A stretch of 64,000 nt of DNA from Adineta vaga (GCA_021613535.1 CP075492.1:620001-684000); one strand, 5' to 3'; shown: positions 51,879 through 64,000, numbered from the stretch's first letter. Numbers and translations: made by a program. The notes: a model not told the origin generated them from the letters alone.

Positions 51879-53989
51879 CCCTTTGAGGACCGCTGACCCA
51901 TATGTGAGTCGTGACGTTTTTTTCATAAATTTATGTCATGTATTCTTTCCTTTACATCATATGTATTGTTCGATTCGCTTCCATTACGTCACATGGATCT
52001 TTCTATTCTGTTCTCGTTGATCTTGTTCAAAACCTATATATAGTCTTTCACTTTTCATAATAAATGAATTGTGTTTATCGCATACAACTATCTTTGGCTA
52101 TTGCCTAATAGAAGCAATCAGTATTTCCGAAAGGATCAACTTCACAAAATTTTACTTTTGATATCATTGAAAAATGGCGCGTCGCAAAACTTCTTCAGAT
52201 CACGAAATTTCAGAAATTTTACAAAACGCTGAATCTGCAAGTGAATCAAGTGAAGATGATATCGAACAAAACTATGAATCTACTGATGATTCTGGAGAAC
52301 CGAACGACATCTCTATGCGTTCTGCAAATATTTCCAACTCATCGAATGATGATAATTCTCCACCACCGAAAAGAAAAATGGTCCCACCAGAGAGAAAATG
52401 GAAAGAGGGTACGTTTATTCCAAAAATTGAACAATTTACTATTACCCATTCTGGAATTTCAAACAACTTACTAAACACTTCTTTGGAAACACCACTTGAT
52501 TTCTTTGAACTTTGTTTCGACTCATCACTTATTGGAAATATTGTAACACAAACTAATATTTATCAAAATCAGAACAATTCTACTGCTGCAGCAAAAACTG
52601 CTCCATGGATCGACACAAATATTCAAGAAATGCATGTTTTTTTTGCTGCTACTATACTCATGTCTTATACCAAGAAAAATCGTATAAAAGATTTTTGGTC
52701 CACTGATGATCTTATCTCAACGCCAATTTTCGGTAGATTATTTACGCGGAACAGATATTTATCACTTTTACGTTATTTGCATTTCAACGACAATATATGT
52801 TCTACTCCCGGTGATCGACTCGTCAAATTAAAACCTATTTTACTGAATTTGAAAGAAAAATTCAGTAAATCTATGTACCCATACAAAAATCTTGTAATCG
52901 ATGAAAGTTTGATGTTGTGGCGAGGAAGACTACTATTCAAGCAATACATACCAACTAAGCGACATCGATTTGGTGTTAAATTATTTATATTATGCGACTG
53001 CAAAACTAGATATATATTGGATTTCATTATATACACGGGAAGTACAACTGAAATAAAAGAATTTCCTTCATTGGGAATATCAGGATCAATCGTCATGACA
53101 CTCATGGAAAAATATCTTCAAGTTGGTCATGTACTTTATTTGGATAATTGGTATTCCAGTCCTGCTCTATATGAAACACTACATGACATGAAAACTGGAG
53201 CTTGTGGAAAAGTCCGCTCAAATCGTATTGGCTTGCCGAAAATTCTCAAGAAATTGAAAGAAGGAGAAAAAGTGTCTCAATTTACAGATAATCTCTTATA
53301 TCTCAGATGGTATGATAAGAGGGAGATAAACATGCTGACTACTGTCCATAACGATGACATGATTCGAACTGGAAAAATCAACCACATCACAAATGAACCA
53401 GTTGTAAAACCGCTATGTATTGTGGACTACAACTCAAATATGGGAGCAGTAGATAACACAGATATGCAAGTCAGTTTTTCTGAATGTATCAGAAAAACAG
53501 TTAAGTGGTACAAAAAGTTATTTTTTCACATTTTGGACATGACTCTTCTCAATGCTTACATTATGTACAAGGAAAAAACTGGGAAAAGACTTAAGTTTTT
53601 AGATTATCGCCTAGAAGTTGTACGTGAGATCGTTCAAAAGTTTGGAAATATGAAAAAAGAAGGTAGAGGAAGACCATCATTGTCATCAACACCTCTTCGT
53701 CTTACCGCAAGACATTTTCCATCCCGTATACAATTAAATGGTGAGCAAACTATCCGAAGACGAAGATGTATTGTCTGCAGTAGAACAGAACTTGGACCAA
53801 AAAAGCGTACCAATACTTTATATGAATGTGTCGAGTGTGATGTTGGTTTATGTGTCGATGAATGTTTTAAAAAATATCATACTTTAAACCGTTTTTAAAT
53901 AGATATGGACCCTTTTCATGTGTTTTAGAAAGTAAAACTAAAAATAAAAAAGCTTAATTTCTTTCAAAATTAAACCGGTCCCCAAAGGG
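51879..53989 (+). mobile_element. Full-length piggyBac transposon 2 (2111 bp)
   Basis: TTAA at 51875-51878; TIRs CCCTTTGAGGACCG / CGGTCCCCAAAGGG (13/14). The right flank is AGTA instead of TTAA. Confidence 0.93.
52174..53898 (+). CDS. piggyBac (PGBD4-like) DDD transposase, 574 aa
   Basis: IDESL, LDNWY, VDNTD; intact Cys-rich domain CIVC...CVECDVGLC..CF..YH. Confidence 0.95.
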   Translation: MARRKTSSDHEISEILQNAESASESSEDDIEQNYESTDDSGEPNDISMRSANISNSSNDDNSPPPKRKMVPPERKWKEGTFIPKIEQFTITHSGISNNLLNTSLETPLDFFELCFDSSLIGNIVTQTNIYQNQNNSTAAAKTAPWIDTNIQEMHVFFAATILMSYTKKNRIKDFWSTDDLISTPIFGRLFTRNRYLSLLRYLHFNDNICSTPGDRLVKLKPILLNLKEKFSKSMYPYKNLVIDESLMLWRGRLLFKQYIPTKRHRFGVKLFILCDCKTRYILDFIIYTGSTTEIKEFPSLGISGSIVMTLMEKYLQVGHVLYLDNWYSSPALYETLHDMKTGACGKVRSNRIGLPKILKKLKEGEKVSQFTDNLLYLRWYDKREINMLTTVHNDDMIRTGKINHITNEPVVKPLCIVDYNSNMGAVDNTDMQVSFSECIRKTVKWYKKLFFHILDMTLLNAYIMYKEKTGKRLKFLDYRLEVVREIVQKFGNMKKEGRGRPSLSSTPLRLTARHFPSRIQLNGEQTIRRRRCIVCSRTELGPKKRTNTLYECVECDVGLCVDECFKKYHTLNRF

Positions 53990-55484
53990 AGTATTGTTTT
54001 GTCTATTATGAACGTCTTTAATTATTGCATCAAATTTAAATTTTCAAATAATCCTATCCTACCGAGCTTTTCTCAATCCATGGCCACTATTTCCATCAAG
54101 ACAATACCTAAAATTCGGTATACTTGTGAAACTCATTTCCTTATCAAGTATTGTCAAACACTACACACAATTTGAATCATACTGAAACATGTACTTTACA
54201 TTTTATGTAACCCTCATAATCACCCATGAGTAAGCACCCTAAAAATAACACAATATAACTTAAAAGGTACCACGTTGGAATCAATCGAGAAACCCCACTC
54301 ATCGACGAGCAAGGGCGTTAAAAAACATATAACACTACATATAGTTTCATTGAGTTCCAGCCAAGACATCTGTATATACACAAGCGTATATATTCGCCCT
54401 AACCTTCTCCTGCCGCGCAGACAGTCTACTATCCATTAAATATAATGCTTATCACTTCGCGCCAGTAAATTACCGAGGATTCTCTCAAAGATTCATCAAT
54501 CTTCCTAACAGGCTTAAATCCCGCTGCAACATATCGATTTGCGACGCATTTGTTGCAAAATTTCCAATTTCGGTACTTATACTAGAGTAGTAAAGCGAAT
54601 GGAGTCTACTTCTGGATTTATAATCATTTAGTTTCCGATTTGCATTCTAACTATAATTAGAGAACTCATGTATAAAAAAGTCTTGGACATGGTACCTATG
54701 CGTAGCTATATATAAGTATAACTAAATCTAAATCTATTCCTAAAACTAACATGGGTACCTGTTATGTTCGCTAATATAGAGATAGAAGAGACGTGAGTGA
54801 ATAGTCCGTTAGAACATAACTGACTGTTATCTTTATTGTACGAAACATATATAACAATCAACAAGAAAGGAAAGGAAAACACGAAAGACTTTAACTTAGG
54901 ATAAATAGATGTCCTGGTTGTATTGACCATAACACTCATACCAACAATTCTCTCAACAAAGAAAGGTTTACAAACTTTCATTGAGATTTATGTCTATCTT
55001 CTCACAGTTATTGCGGTGGGATCTTGAGGGTTATTCGTAGCCATTAAAGGTGAGGATGAGAAAATGCGAAAACATTAGAAATCTTCAAAAGAAATGTAGA
55101 AAGTAAATTTATAGGAGTATTGATAGATTAAAAAGATATGACTTAAGAGAAAGTCACATTCTAAAAAGAACGTGATTAAAGAAAAATCATATTATTTACT
55201 TCATCTGTGTTAGAGTTTATATATTACTGTTAAACATTCTGGAATGTCATGTTCAAGTTGTAAATCAAATATTATCATCTTATAATTCAATATGCATAAT
55301 CATATTAGATTTTTTAATTTGATAAGCAAAACTAAATAATGCTAAAATATCTGAGTTTTGAAATATGATCGATGGTATGACATGGATATGAATACAGAAA
55401 AAACCATGCATAAAATCTCATTTATTTTCTTTCATCGTGCAGAGATTATATTGTCTGAAGACTTTCAAGTTTAATCATTTCAAT

Positions 55485-55720
55485 ATGATTCGTGTTTTAA
55501 TTGTGACGATTTTAATCAATGAAATATTAGGTAATGCTTTATTATTCGGAAGTATTCGTTGAATTAAATTGATATTTGAGAAAAAATGATCAAAAATGAA
55601 TTCGTTGTTCATTTGTGTTAATAGTATTGTTGAGAAATTTTAGTTTCTTTTTTTTTCATTCTAGCTATTTCATTTAATCAATCAAAATTTTGTCCAACAG
55701 CAAAATGGAATTTGAATGGT
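55485..55720 (+). pseudogene. Truncated 5' end of an NHL-repeat gene (signal exon plus start of NHL exon)
   Basis: MIRVLIVTILINEIL|AISFNQSKFCPTAKWNLNG parallels ALSLNRPKFHPNAVWNPSA at 38051. Homology ends abruptly near 55720. Confidence 0.7.
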
Positions 55721-56538
55721 GAAGGATTCATTTATATAAAAACGCTTGATATTCTAGAGCCTATTCTGTTTATTGATGAGTGATGTCATAATCCCATTAC
55801 AGCCGGTATTCTCTTCAAACACAGCTAACGTAATGTCTACTTTTTCGAACAACGGCATCCATATTGCCAGCAACCATTATAGCGATACAACTCGATCTCA
55901 TTCGAGTCATTACTCCACACATTCAATTATGTCTCACATAACAGCATTTTACGCTCTGAGTAACGAGATCATCTTTCACATATGTCGATCTATGTATAGG
56001 AAAGTTGAGAGATTTGAGTGAATTTGTTATATTGCTTCTTCGGTGGCGCTATCATCTCCCAGACTGACTCCTTAACTTTTATTGTGTTTGACTAATAGCG
56101 GCATGTTTTAGAATGATATGGTGTGTAGGGTTAGTACGAACAGCTTGCGACACCGAAGTGTCAGAAGACGCTTCGATATTACCAGTTTGGCTATTGTGGA
56201 CATGAAGTGTTGCATACCGGTCTCGCTTCCCGAGCACCCACATCCTCATATATCACTCTCGTTAGATTTTAAAATAGATTCGAATGTAATATAAAACATA
56301 ATGAAAAATATCCGTGCATATTTTTCAATATTTGCTTTTGTTTTAAGTAATCAACATCAAAAGAAAATACTGGTTGCACTGAATTCAATACTTAATAGAT
56401 AAAAATAACGAAGGCAAAGAAAAACAGTGTGGGTGAAGTCATGTCTACTTTTTTTTTGTTTAAAAATAATATATTTTGCCACTTAGAAGAATGAATATTT
56501 ACAACACATCACAGTTTTTTATTTCAGTATTGTGATAG

Positions 56539-58630
56539 ATGATGTTCGTCGGTTTGTTGGTCTGTTTATTCCTGCAAATTTTCATCGGCGATGGGAGCCA
56601 TTTTCGTGGTGGTTCAATCGTATGGTTAGTTAGATTTTAATAGATTTTCTTTCACTCATTTATATTCAAATATGTTACAGGCGTCCTCTCAACAATACTC
56701 CATCTGGTAGTTCAGTTAGTATTCAAGTAAACCATCGATTTTCATGGCGTCGAAATGGTTTTCGTGATGCCTGTAATAGTACAATCATAGCTGCACAAGG
56801 TCTCATTGGTGACGATACTCAAATGACGTGTGTCAACGGCAATTGTAGTTCTTGGACTTCTATAAGTGCATTGACAATTTGTACAGATTATAGTGTAGTT
56901 CTTGATGTTAGTTCGGGTGAAAAGTCTACAACAGAACTCTTGCCACTTAATACTCAATTCAGTATTACTTTTGCATCATCCGCCTGGTTTACAGCTCTCG
57001 TTATTGGAGGTAACAGTCCTTGGTATGTTACCAGCCGAATTAATACTATGATTAGACCAGATGGTTTAATCAATTCAAGTCCAATTGCTGTTACTCTTCC
57101 AATTATTTATAAACAAATTAATATTCAACATGTTCATACTATTCAAATGGTTGATTTTGATCGAACAGATATATTAAAATGTCGTTGGTCCAGTGCATCA
57201 AGTAATATTAATTCATACAATGAATGTGGTGGTGTTTGTAATGGTGTTCCTGGTGCTACTCTTCTTATTTCAAGCAATTGCACATTACAATTTACACTCA
57301 CAGCAGCTAATCAGTATGCTGCAGTAGCAATACAAATTGAAGATTATTTTAATAGTGTAGCAACAACACCAATGAGTTCTGTTCCTCTTCAATTTCTTTT
57401 CTATGGTTATGCTGCACCTAGTGGTTGTAATACACCACCAGCTATCATCGGTGTTCGACCAAATCGGGGTAATGAGAAAAAATATTTTTCTACAAAAGTT
57501 TTTTGTTGTTTATTTCATTAGCTTGTGTTGGCACACCAATTAGTGGTGCAGTCACTGAAACAATCATTGTTCAAACTTTCTGTGCTGGAACAGCTATCAT
57601 TGACATTATTTCAACATCTCCAGTTGGTATGACAAAGAGTGCGATTTCAAATCCAAATTCTGGTTAGTACATGATATATAGATTATTATGTTAATTTATC
57701 TGGCTTTTTTCTAGGTATTTATCAGATTACTCTTAGTTGGACTCCTTCAGCTAGTCAATATGGTACTCAAGGTTTATGTGCAGCTGCAGTTGATAGTTCA
57801 AATATTCAATCTGATCAATGGTGTATCGCATATTTAGTTGGTATAACTGCTCCTCAATTTAGTCAAAATACAGCTTCACCTGTTGGTATTGTTTATGCGA
57901 ATCAGACTGTCTTTTCCATTCAAGGTAGTATTTATTTTTTGTACTGTATCTACTTAGTTGTTATCAATAATATACTTACTTTTAGCTGACAAACCAGTTT
58001 GTCGACCATCGCGTAATGGTACTTATATTTACTTTTGGGATACTATAACTGGTGGTTCACTTATTCAAAAATTTGATTGTGGATGGGCACCAGAAGTAAC
58101 ATATACAGGTTATACAATCACCATTCAGTTTTCAGTGGCACCATGGATTACTGGCCATTCCTATTATATTACATTTGACAGTGGTACGTTTGAACTTCAT
58201 TTTACTTATATTTCATTTCTGAATAATCTAATCTTCTTTATTATATCAGGTGTTGTTAGTGGTCTTGATTCTTGTGGTAAGTAACTACATATGTTTGAAT
58301 TCGATATAATCCGACTTAATTCATTCTAGGTCCCGAATCTGCACCAGTTACTAAGGCAACATATTGGACATTTAACGTGTTTAATCCAACGAATATGTCG
58401 AATGCAATAAATGTAACGATAACTCTTTCACCAAATGTAACTACTACTACACTTGGTAAGGATTGCTTTTAACTTGTAAATGAACAGTTCATAAGATTTA
58501 ATTATTTTATTTTTTAGCGATAACTACAACAACATCTGCTTCAATTTCAATCATATGGTCTTTATCCAAATTCTGGCAATGTTTATTGCTTGCACAAAAC
58601 ACTTTCATATATTTAATCTATCAAAAATGA
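56539..58630 (+). CDS. Secreted/surface Cys-rich protein of the SHFRGG-type (Sib/integrin-beta-like) family with Thr-rich tail and hydrophobic C-terminus
   Basis: Signal peptide then SHFRGGSIVW|RP, INSSP, DFDRTDILKCRWS, ECGGVC, YAAVAIQIED, SSVPLQFL. Multiple short GT-AG introns; stop 58628-58630. Confidence 0.75.
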
Positions 58631-59110
58631 ATACGCAATTGAGATATATAAGAAACAAATGAAAATTTTGCTTCATTTAAAAAACTATTTGAGATTTTGA
58701 TGTAATTAGTTACTGTTATTAACTTTCTAACCTTACATTGCCCTAATATTTTATTGCGATGTTTTATAGTTTCTATTACTACGTGAACGTTTTTTACATT
58801 GAAATAAAATTACCTTCACCAATTTCCTTGCATAAGATGTTTCACACATTACGAAAGTATCAAGTTAACAAAGATCTTGTTTTCTGCATCCTTATCATTG
58901 AGAATATCGAAAGCAGACATGATACAAAATGTACTATTAATCGATTTTTATCCAAACAAATTTTCACTTTTCTTAGCATAAAACAACGTTTCAAAAATAT
59001 TTTTGAGGGACTGTATTTTTAATGTAATAACCTAACATGTTGAATCAGGTTTAGCTTCAATAGTAATTGTTTCCTTGTATGTATCTACTTATTGTATATA
59101 ATCTTTTTAT

Positions 59111-59180
59111 ATCTTGAGGATGTGGTTATGGATGTGGGTATTCCATTTTTTCTACACCCACACCCCTCATCCCTCACCCT
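59111..59180. repeat. Telomeric-repeat hairpin element 7
   Basis: ATCTTGAGGATGTGGTTATGGATGTGGGT ... ACACCCACACCCCTCATCCCTCACCCT. Confidence 0.75.
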
Positions 59181-59535
59181 TCATAATGACACACATGAAC
59201 GCGAAAACATAGAAATAGATGAATATTCTGAAAATCGACAGTAATGGTTTAATCGAAATCGGATGAAATCTCACAGATCATTATCTAAAATTAGTATCAA
59301 ATTATTATAGTTTAACAACAGATTTATAAGAATCAACTTAGGGCGAAAGTTTTCATCGTGCTGATCGATTTTAATTTGTTCATATATTATAACATAAATA
59401 TGTTTATAGTGCAAAATCTCACACAGACAATAGAATCATAGAGAAGCGATCTAATGATTTCCGTAATAAATAAAACAATTATATACAAATAAATTTCATC
59501 CTAAACTGTCCTCTTCATCTCCATCTTGGTTGCTT

Positions 59536-60076
59536 TTATACAGAGCCCGATCTACTTTTCTTTCGCTTTTGAGGTAATTGCAGGTTTCTAAAATCTTTGT
59601 TGTTTAAATTGTATTTTCTTATGACTTCGTTGTCTTCATACAAGATACTCATCATAATAGGAAATCTAGATTTCATCAATTCTAGTAATTTTTATCGTAC
59701 ATTCTTTGAATTTGTCCTTCTCTTGAATTGGCAATATGAGTTTACCGATAACTAACTCTGAAAATGGTGGCTGTTGCATATTTGGTGAATCATGAAATAC
59801 CCTATGGTATGGTACTAATATGTCCTTAATTATTGAATAATTCATCATTACTCTTGTATTGTATAATACATGAGCTTGTGAAATGAAATCAAGGCTTGGC
59901 ATTAATGGAATACTTTCAATAAGTCGTAATACTTTTGCTATATTTCGTTTATTTTCTTCGAATGTAATCCCATGAGATCTATCTAGATCCTCCAGAACGT
60001 CACAGAGATTACGATACATCAAAATGTCAATAGAATCAGTTGTATATTTTGGAATATTATTATGCATATAAGCCAT
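59536..60076 (-). pseudogene. Intronless orphan ORF (about 180 aa) with one apparent 1-nt frameshift
   Basis: The 136-aa ORF continues after removing one A near 59671 as SRFPIMMSILYEDNEVIRKYNLNNKDFRNLQLPQKRKKSRSGSV*. No family recognised. Confidence 0.4.
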
Positions 60077-60487
60077 TTATCAGTGAATGGAGAGCAACTT
60101 TTTTCAATCTAAAATAGCCTACAATGACAATCTATTTACAAATGAATGTTTCACTTTATTGAAAAATAGGATGGATGAGAGTAAAATTATCATATATAAA
60201 GAAATCCTTACCCTCAAGTTTTCTTTTCAACTTAGAAATCTTGCTGTCATGTCTCAATATACTTATACCATAACTAAAGAAAGAAGAGTATCTGTGTAAA
60301 CGTCACTTGCAAAATTTCCTTTTTTCTGCGCAACTTATGTGACTAAAGAAAAACAGTTTTGGTTTACTTTGAATAACACACAGCTTTATTTTGGATAAAA
60401 TCAATGGCTGCTTTTGTTTTCTCTATGGGACATTGAGAAATCAAAAAAAAGTAATTGACAAACATTGAATCAGAAAAAAAAATTATT

Positions 60488-61678
60488 TTAAACCAATGGA
60501 TAAAGAGCTGATGTAGCAATTCCACATTGATTTTGTTTGTTTCGACTCATTAATATGTATCCTCGAATTCCCCAACTGGAACCCCATGAATTTTTAACAA
60601 TATAATAATCTTTGGAGTTCAATGTTCCATATCCAACTGCTAAAACAGCATGATCAAGTCTTTTTGTTGAACAATTAGGTTCATCATAGACTCCACTTGA
60701 ATAAAATTGAAATGAACCTTGCGAAGCATCGATTGAAACTGCTATTGGACCAATTGTAGCAATTGCAGCTTGAAGATCTGTTTCATTATGTTTTTTTACT
60801 CGAGTATAACCCTGAAAAAGAAAACAAAATAATTGTTTTTTAGTTTCATTTTAAAATTAAGTTTCTACCGTAATTGTAGCAGCAATATGTATTTTATTAA
60901 ATTGACATATATCACGTTCAGCCCAGTATGGATAAGATTCTTCACTTGAAATTCCATGGTGCATTTTTATATAATCATACGCAAGATCTTGATTACCACC
61001 ATTACATCCAAAATTAAGTAATGAACAATCAACTAAATTTTGTTCAGAAAGTGGAATAAGTTGTGATGTTTTTGCAAAATGTTGTCCTTCAAGTGCACCC
61101 GTTGTTGAAAAAGCCCAACATGAACCACATTGACCTTGATCTTTAACATATGTTACATAACCTTTTGTACGCCAATCTATATTTTTTCGAGTTAGAAAAT
61201 ACATCAAAACAACAACAATTTACCAACGTCATTTGGTAAAACAAAGTTTTCTGGCGCTGAAAATATTTGTGAATTGATTTCATCTTCTGAAGACATCTGA
61301 TATCCATTCATTTGTTTTCGAAATTCTTCATTGGTCTTTGAACAAAAGATTTGATAAAGAAAAAGAATTTCTTTCTCTATATAAATATTTACCATATCAC
61401 CAAATTGATTCATTGCAAGTGTATAACTATGAAGGCCAAGATCAACTTCAAGATTATGTTTATTAATCATTGCTACATTTTCTTCCCAAATTTGACGACT
61501 ACGAATATAATTTACTTATCTTTTTCTTAGTTTTAATTTTAACAAACCGATTTATTTCTTCTTCATCAGAGGAATATTGTTTTTCAAAAACACGTTTGAA
61601 TAAAGACCAAGATTCATTCGATGTTGGGAAACAATGTCCACTGATAAGAAATGCGTATAAAAGAATTAAAAATTTCAT
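60488..61678 (-). CDS. CTSL: Cathepsin L-like papain-family cysteine protease (multi-exon)
   Basis: Signal peptide, I29 prodomain ([13 protein letters not shown]), [56 protein letters not shown]. Confidence 0.95.
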
Positions 61679-61907
61679 TTTCAATGTATGTAATGATAAT
61701 AATACTTCTATATAAGCACTGGTTTTTTTCTGCTTAGTCACACGGTTTTAGATAAGAACACCGATATTACATTAGTGATATTTCGTTTTTGCTTTATCAA
61801 GATGAAGAGAAAGAAAACTTATTCATTCAGTTTTATATCACTCATTTGCAGAAAAATAGTTCAACTATATGAAACTTGAGTATAAGGTTACTTTACGAGC
61901 AGAACTA

Positions 61908-62140
61908 TTAGGTTGAGGAAAAACTTCCTAATGGTCTTACACCAACGTTCTGCCAGTTATCGAATCCGATCTGGATACCAGTGTGGCTCCTTAGACTCAA
62001 AGAATTCACAGCACGCTGCTTCGACTTGATCAAAAGTTTCAAACGCAGTAGAACCTCTACACCATCGAGTTCGAATGATGCGCTCGAGCGTTGTCGTGTT
62101 GAAGAAGAACATGTTTTTAGCCCTTTCTCCTTTTTTTTTA
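61908..62140 (-). mobile_element. Internally deleted mariner transposase remnant
   Basis: Minus strand HVLLQHDNARAH (62078-62113), ELDGVEVL, and FETFDQVEAACCEFFESKEPHWY..RIR*LAERWCKTI. Mariner-like end TA-TTAGGTTGAGGAAAAAACTTCC at 61906-61928. Confidence 0.75.
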
Positions 62141-63288
62141 TCGTTCTCCTCTTTTCCACATACACACCATCTGTCAGCCCTACAAAAAGACTAACACTAG
62201 CATACAAGAGATACGCAAGTTTTAAAAATGAAACACAACAGACTTTGAGAGTAAACTTGAAAAAATTAAAATTTTTGTAAGTGACCGGTAGGGGTGGCAC
62301 ATTTACTTTACTATTACTTTAGGTAAATAAGATAAAGTAAATATATTTACTAGTAAATAAAAGAAATTAATTATACGTAATTCTTCTACCCAGATAATCA
62401 TAATTATGCTGTGTCTAACAAAAAAAGCCAGTTATGCAGATATATTAATACATTAAAATACAGGCAGTTTAACGCATGAAATAAACGGACAAATGAGTTG
62501 TACAATGAATCTCAGCAGATGTGCCGGGTGAGATCACTGAAAATACTAGATCTTCATTTCGTTCGAGGAACCGTGGACAAATCCGACGAATGAGTTCTAT
62601 TTGGTAAATATGAGCTGAAGCCTGTGAACTATATCTCTATAATACAAGCTTCTTCCGTATCTGAAATCTATTCCCAAGGTTTCGACTCGCGATCTATATC
62701 TGCCTAAAAACTATTCTAGCTTCTTTAAGACCTCAAAACGTACGTGAGTCTCACAACTTATTTTCAGCGCATCATTAGACGTATGTATAGTCAAACCGCT
62801 TCCTTAGATACTTTATCGAAAACTAAAATATGTGCAAATATAATAATTAGCTCAGATAACTTGCGATGCTCAATATTTAACAGTTGTAGGTAATACATGA
62901 ACTAATTGAAGTAAAGCTGATTTCTACTTTTTTTGGAATAAAATATTAGCCCCGATATATAAGTTGTTATCATTTGCTATTGAGTATCGTACTAGATGTT
63001 CGATCATTCAAAAATGTAATTGTGGTAAACGTTTCCAAAAAAAGTCCCTAGGTCAAACATATATTCTCATTTGGTCTTACGAAGCATCAAACATTTTCCG
63101 CGACTGTTAGCAATACAACTGATTTTATCAGTAGCCTATCTAAAAACAATAAGAAGTCCGATAGCATCGAAAACATACCTTCAAGTCACTAACCATTTAT
63201 TATATTTAATTAACATTTCGGTATTTATTGATTTAATGAAGAATTTAATTTCATGTCGAATGGACTGGTTCTACGTAATAACAAAATC

Positions 63289-63738
63289 GGTGCTCTACTG
63301 AACTTCTAGAAAAGGTTCCGTCCTTATAAAAAAGATTGCATATACGTCGACGGCTTCAAAAACACAATAAAAAATTCTACGAAACCATTAAAGGATCGTC
63401 CCGTGTTTTGGCGGGAAGAACCTTCTCCTAAGAAACCTTTATTTTAAGTTCAGCACACAAAAATTAGGTTTCGTGCTAAACTTCAAATGAACATCAGCAT
63501 TTAGTACGAAATTATTTGATTTTCATGTAAAACTGTAAAAGTTTTATATTTTGCTACAAAATCTCATTTCTGCGTGCTGAACTTAAAAACGTTTCGTAAG
63601 AGAAGGTTCTTCCCGCCAATACACAGGACGATTCTTCAATGGTTTCGCAGAATTTTTTATTGTGTTTTCGAAGCCGTCGACGTATTTACAGTCTTTTTTA
63701 TAAGGACGAAACTTTTTCTAGAAGTTCAGTAGAGCACC
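63289..63738. mobile_element. Foldback MITE with about 170-bp inverted arms
   Basis: GGTGCTCTACTGAACTTCTAGAAA...TTTTAAGTTCAGCAC and its inverted copy ending AAGTTCAGTAGAGCACC. The arms may extend to about 63271/63754 (CAC-like termini). Confidence 0.85.
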
Positions 63739-64000
63739 AATTGTTTTTCGTGTGCTGAGACTTCACATTATGATACTTCATTTGTTTATTCTTTGTTATC
63801 ACGGATGTTCATAGAAGTGATAGAGAACATTGCTTTTTTAAGAACTTTTGAGCAACTGAACATATTTCCAGAATGCTATGTGTAACGGAAGTATGATAAA
63901 GATGAGAATACAAGCTCTATCACTTTAATGGGCATTGATGTAAATGGGCTATCACTGCATCTGTATCTTTATGACAAATGGTGAGGCACAGTGTAGTGTT

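Noticed and set aside
3096-53105. Many short antisense or alternate-frame ORFs overlapping real CDSs
   Set aside because: Shadow ORFs of the GPCR, transposases, NHL and polycystin exons without independent evidence.
54000-55150. Compositionally distinct segment after piggyBac 2
   Set aside because: No ORF homology, termini or structure that I could support.
5817-59180. CRISPR-like interpretation of the hairpins (repeat plus variable spacer)
   Set aside because: Elements are solitary, dispersed and inverted rather than direct arrays; no cas-like genes; eukaryotic context.

Overview
AT-rich eukaryotic genomic DNA with many short (about 50-70 nt) GT-AG introns. The gene families and telomere-type repeats point to a bdelloid rotifer (inference). 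Five apparently intact genes are present: an LDLa/EGF 7TM receptor (2047-6942, -); a multi-pass protein of three tandem TM-Cys-rich ectodomain-TM units plus an FG-GAP propeller (19274-28014, +); a polycystin-1-like receptor-channel with four N-terminal NHL propellers (37932-50113, +); a secreted Sib-like protein (56539-58630, +); and cathepsin L (60488-61678, -). There are two convergent tRNA genes: Glu-TTC and an odd intronless GTA-anticodon tRNA with a His-like body. Mobile DNA is dense: two full-length piggyBacs, a full-length IS630-Tc1-mariner element with DD117E spacing, decayed P-like, NOF/MULE-like and mariner transposases, a Helentron-type HINE and several MITEs. A minimal hammerhead ribozyme abuts a telomeric tract, resembling an Athena/terminon end. 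The most unusual signals are at least seven short hairpins built from inward-facing bdelloid telomeric repeats around unrelated spacers, the hammerhead/telomere junction that may use such an arm, the possible single-chain trimeric channel, and the NHL-polycystin fusion with exon-limited homogenisation. All calls come from manual reading; no database searches were run.
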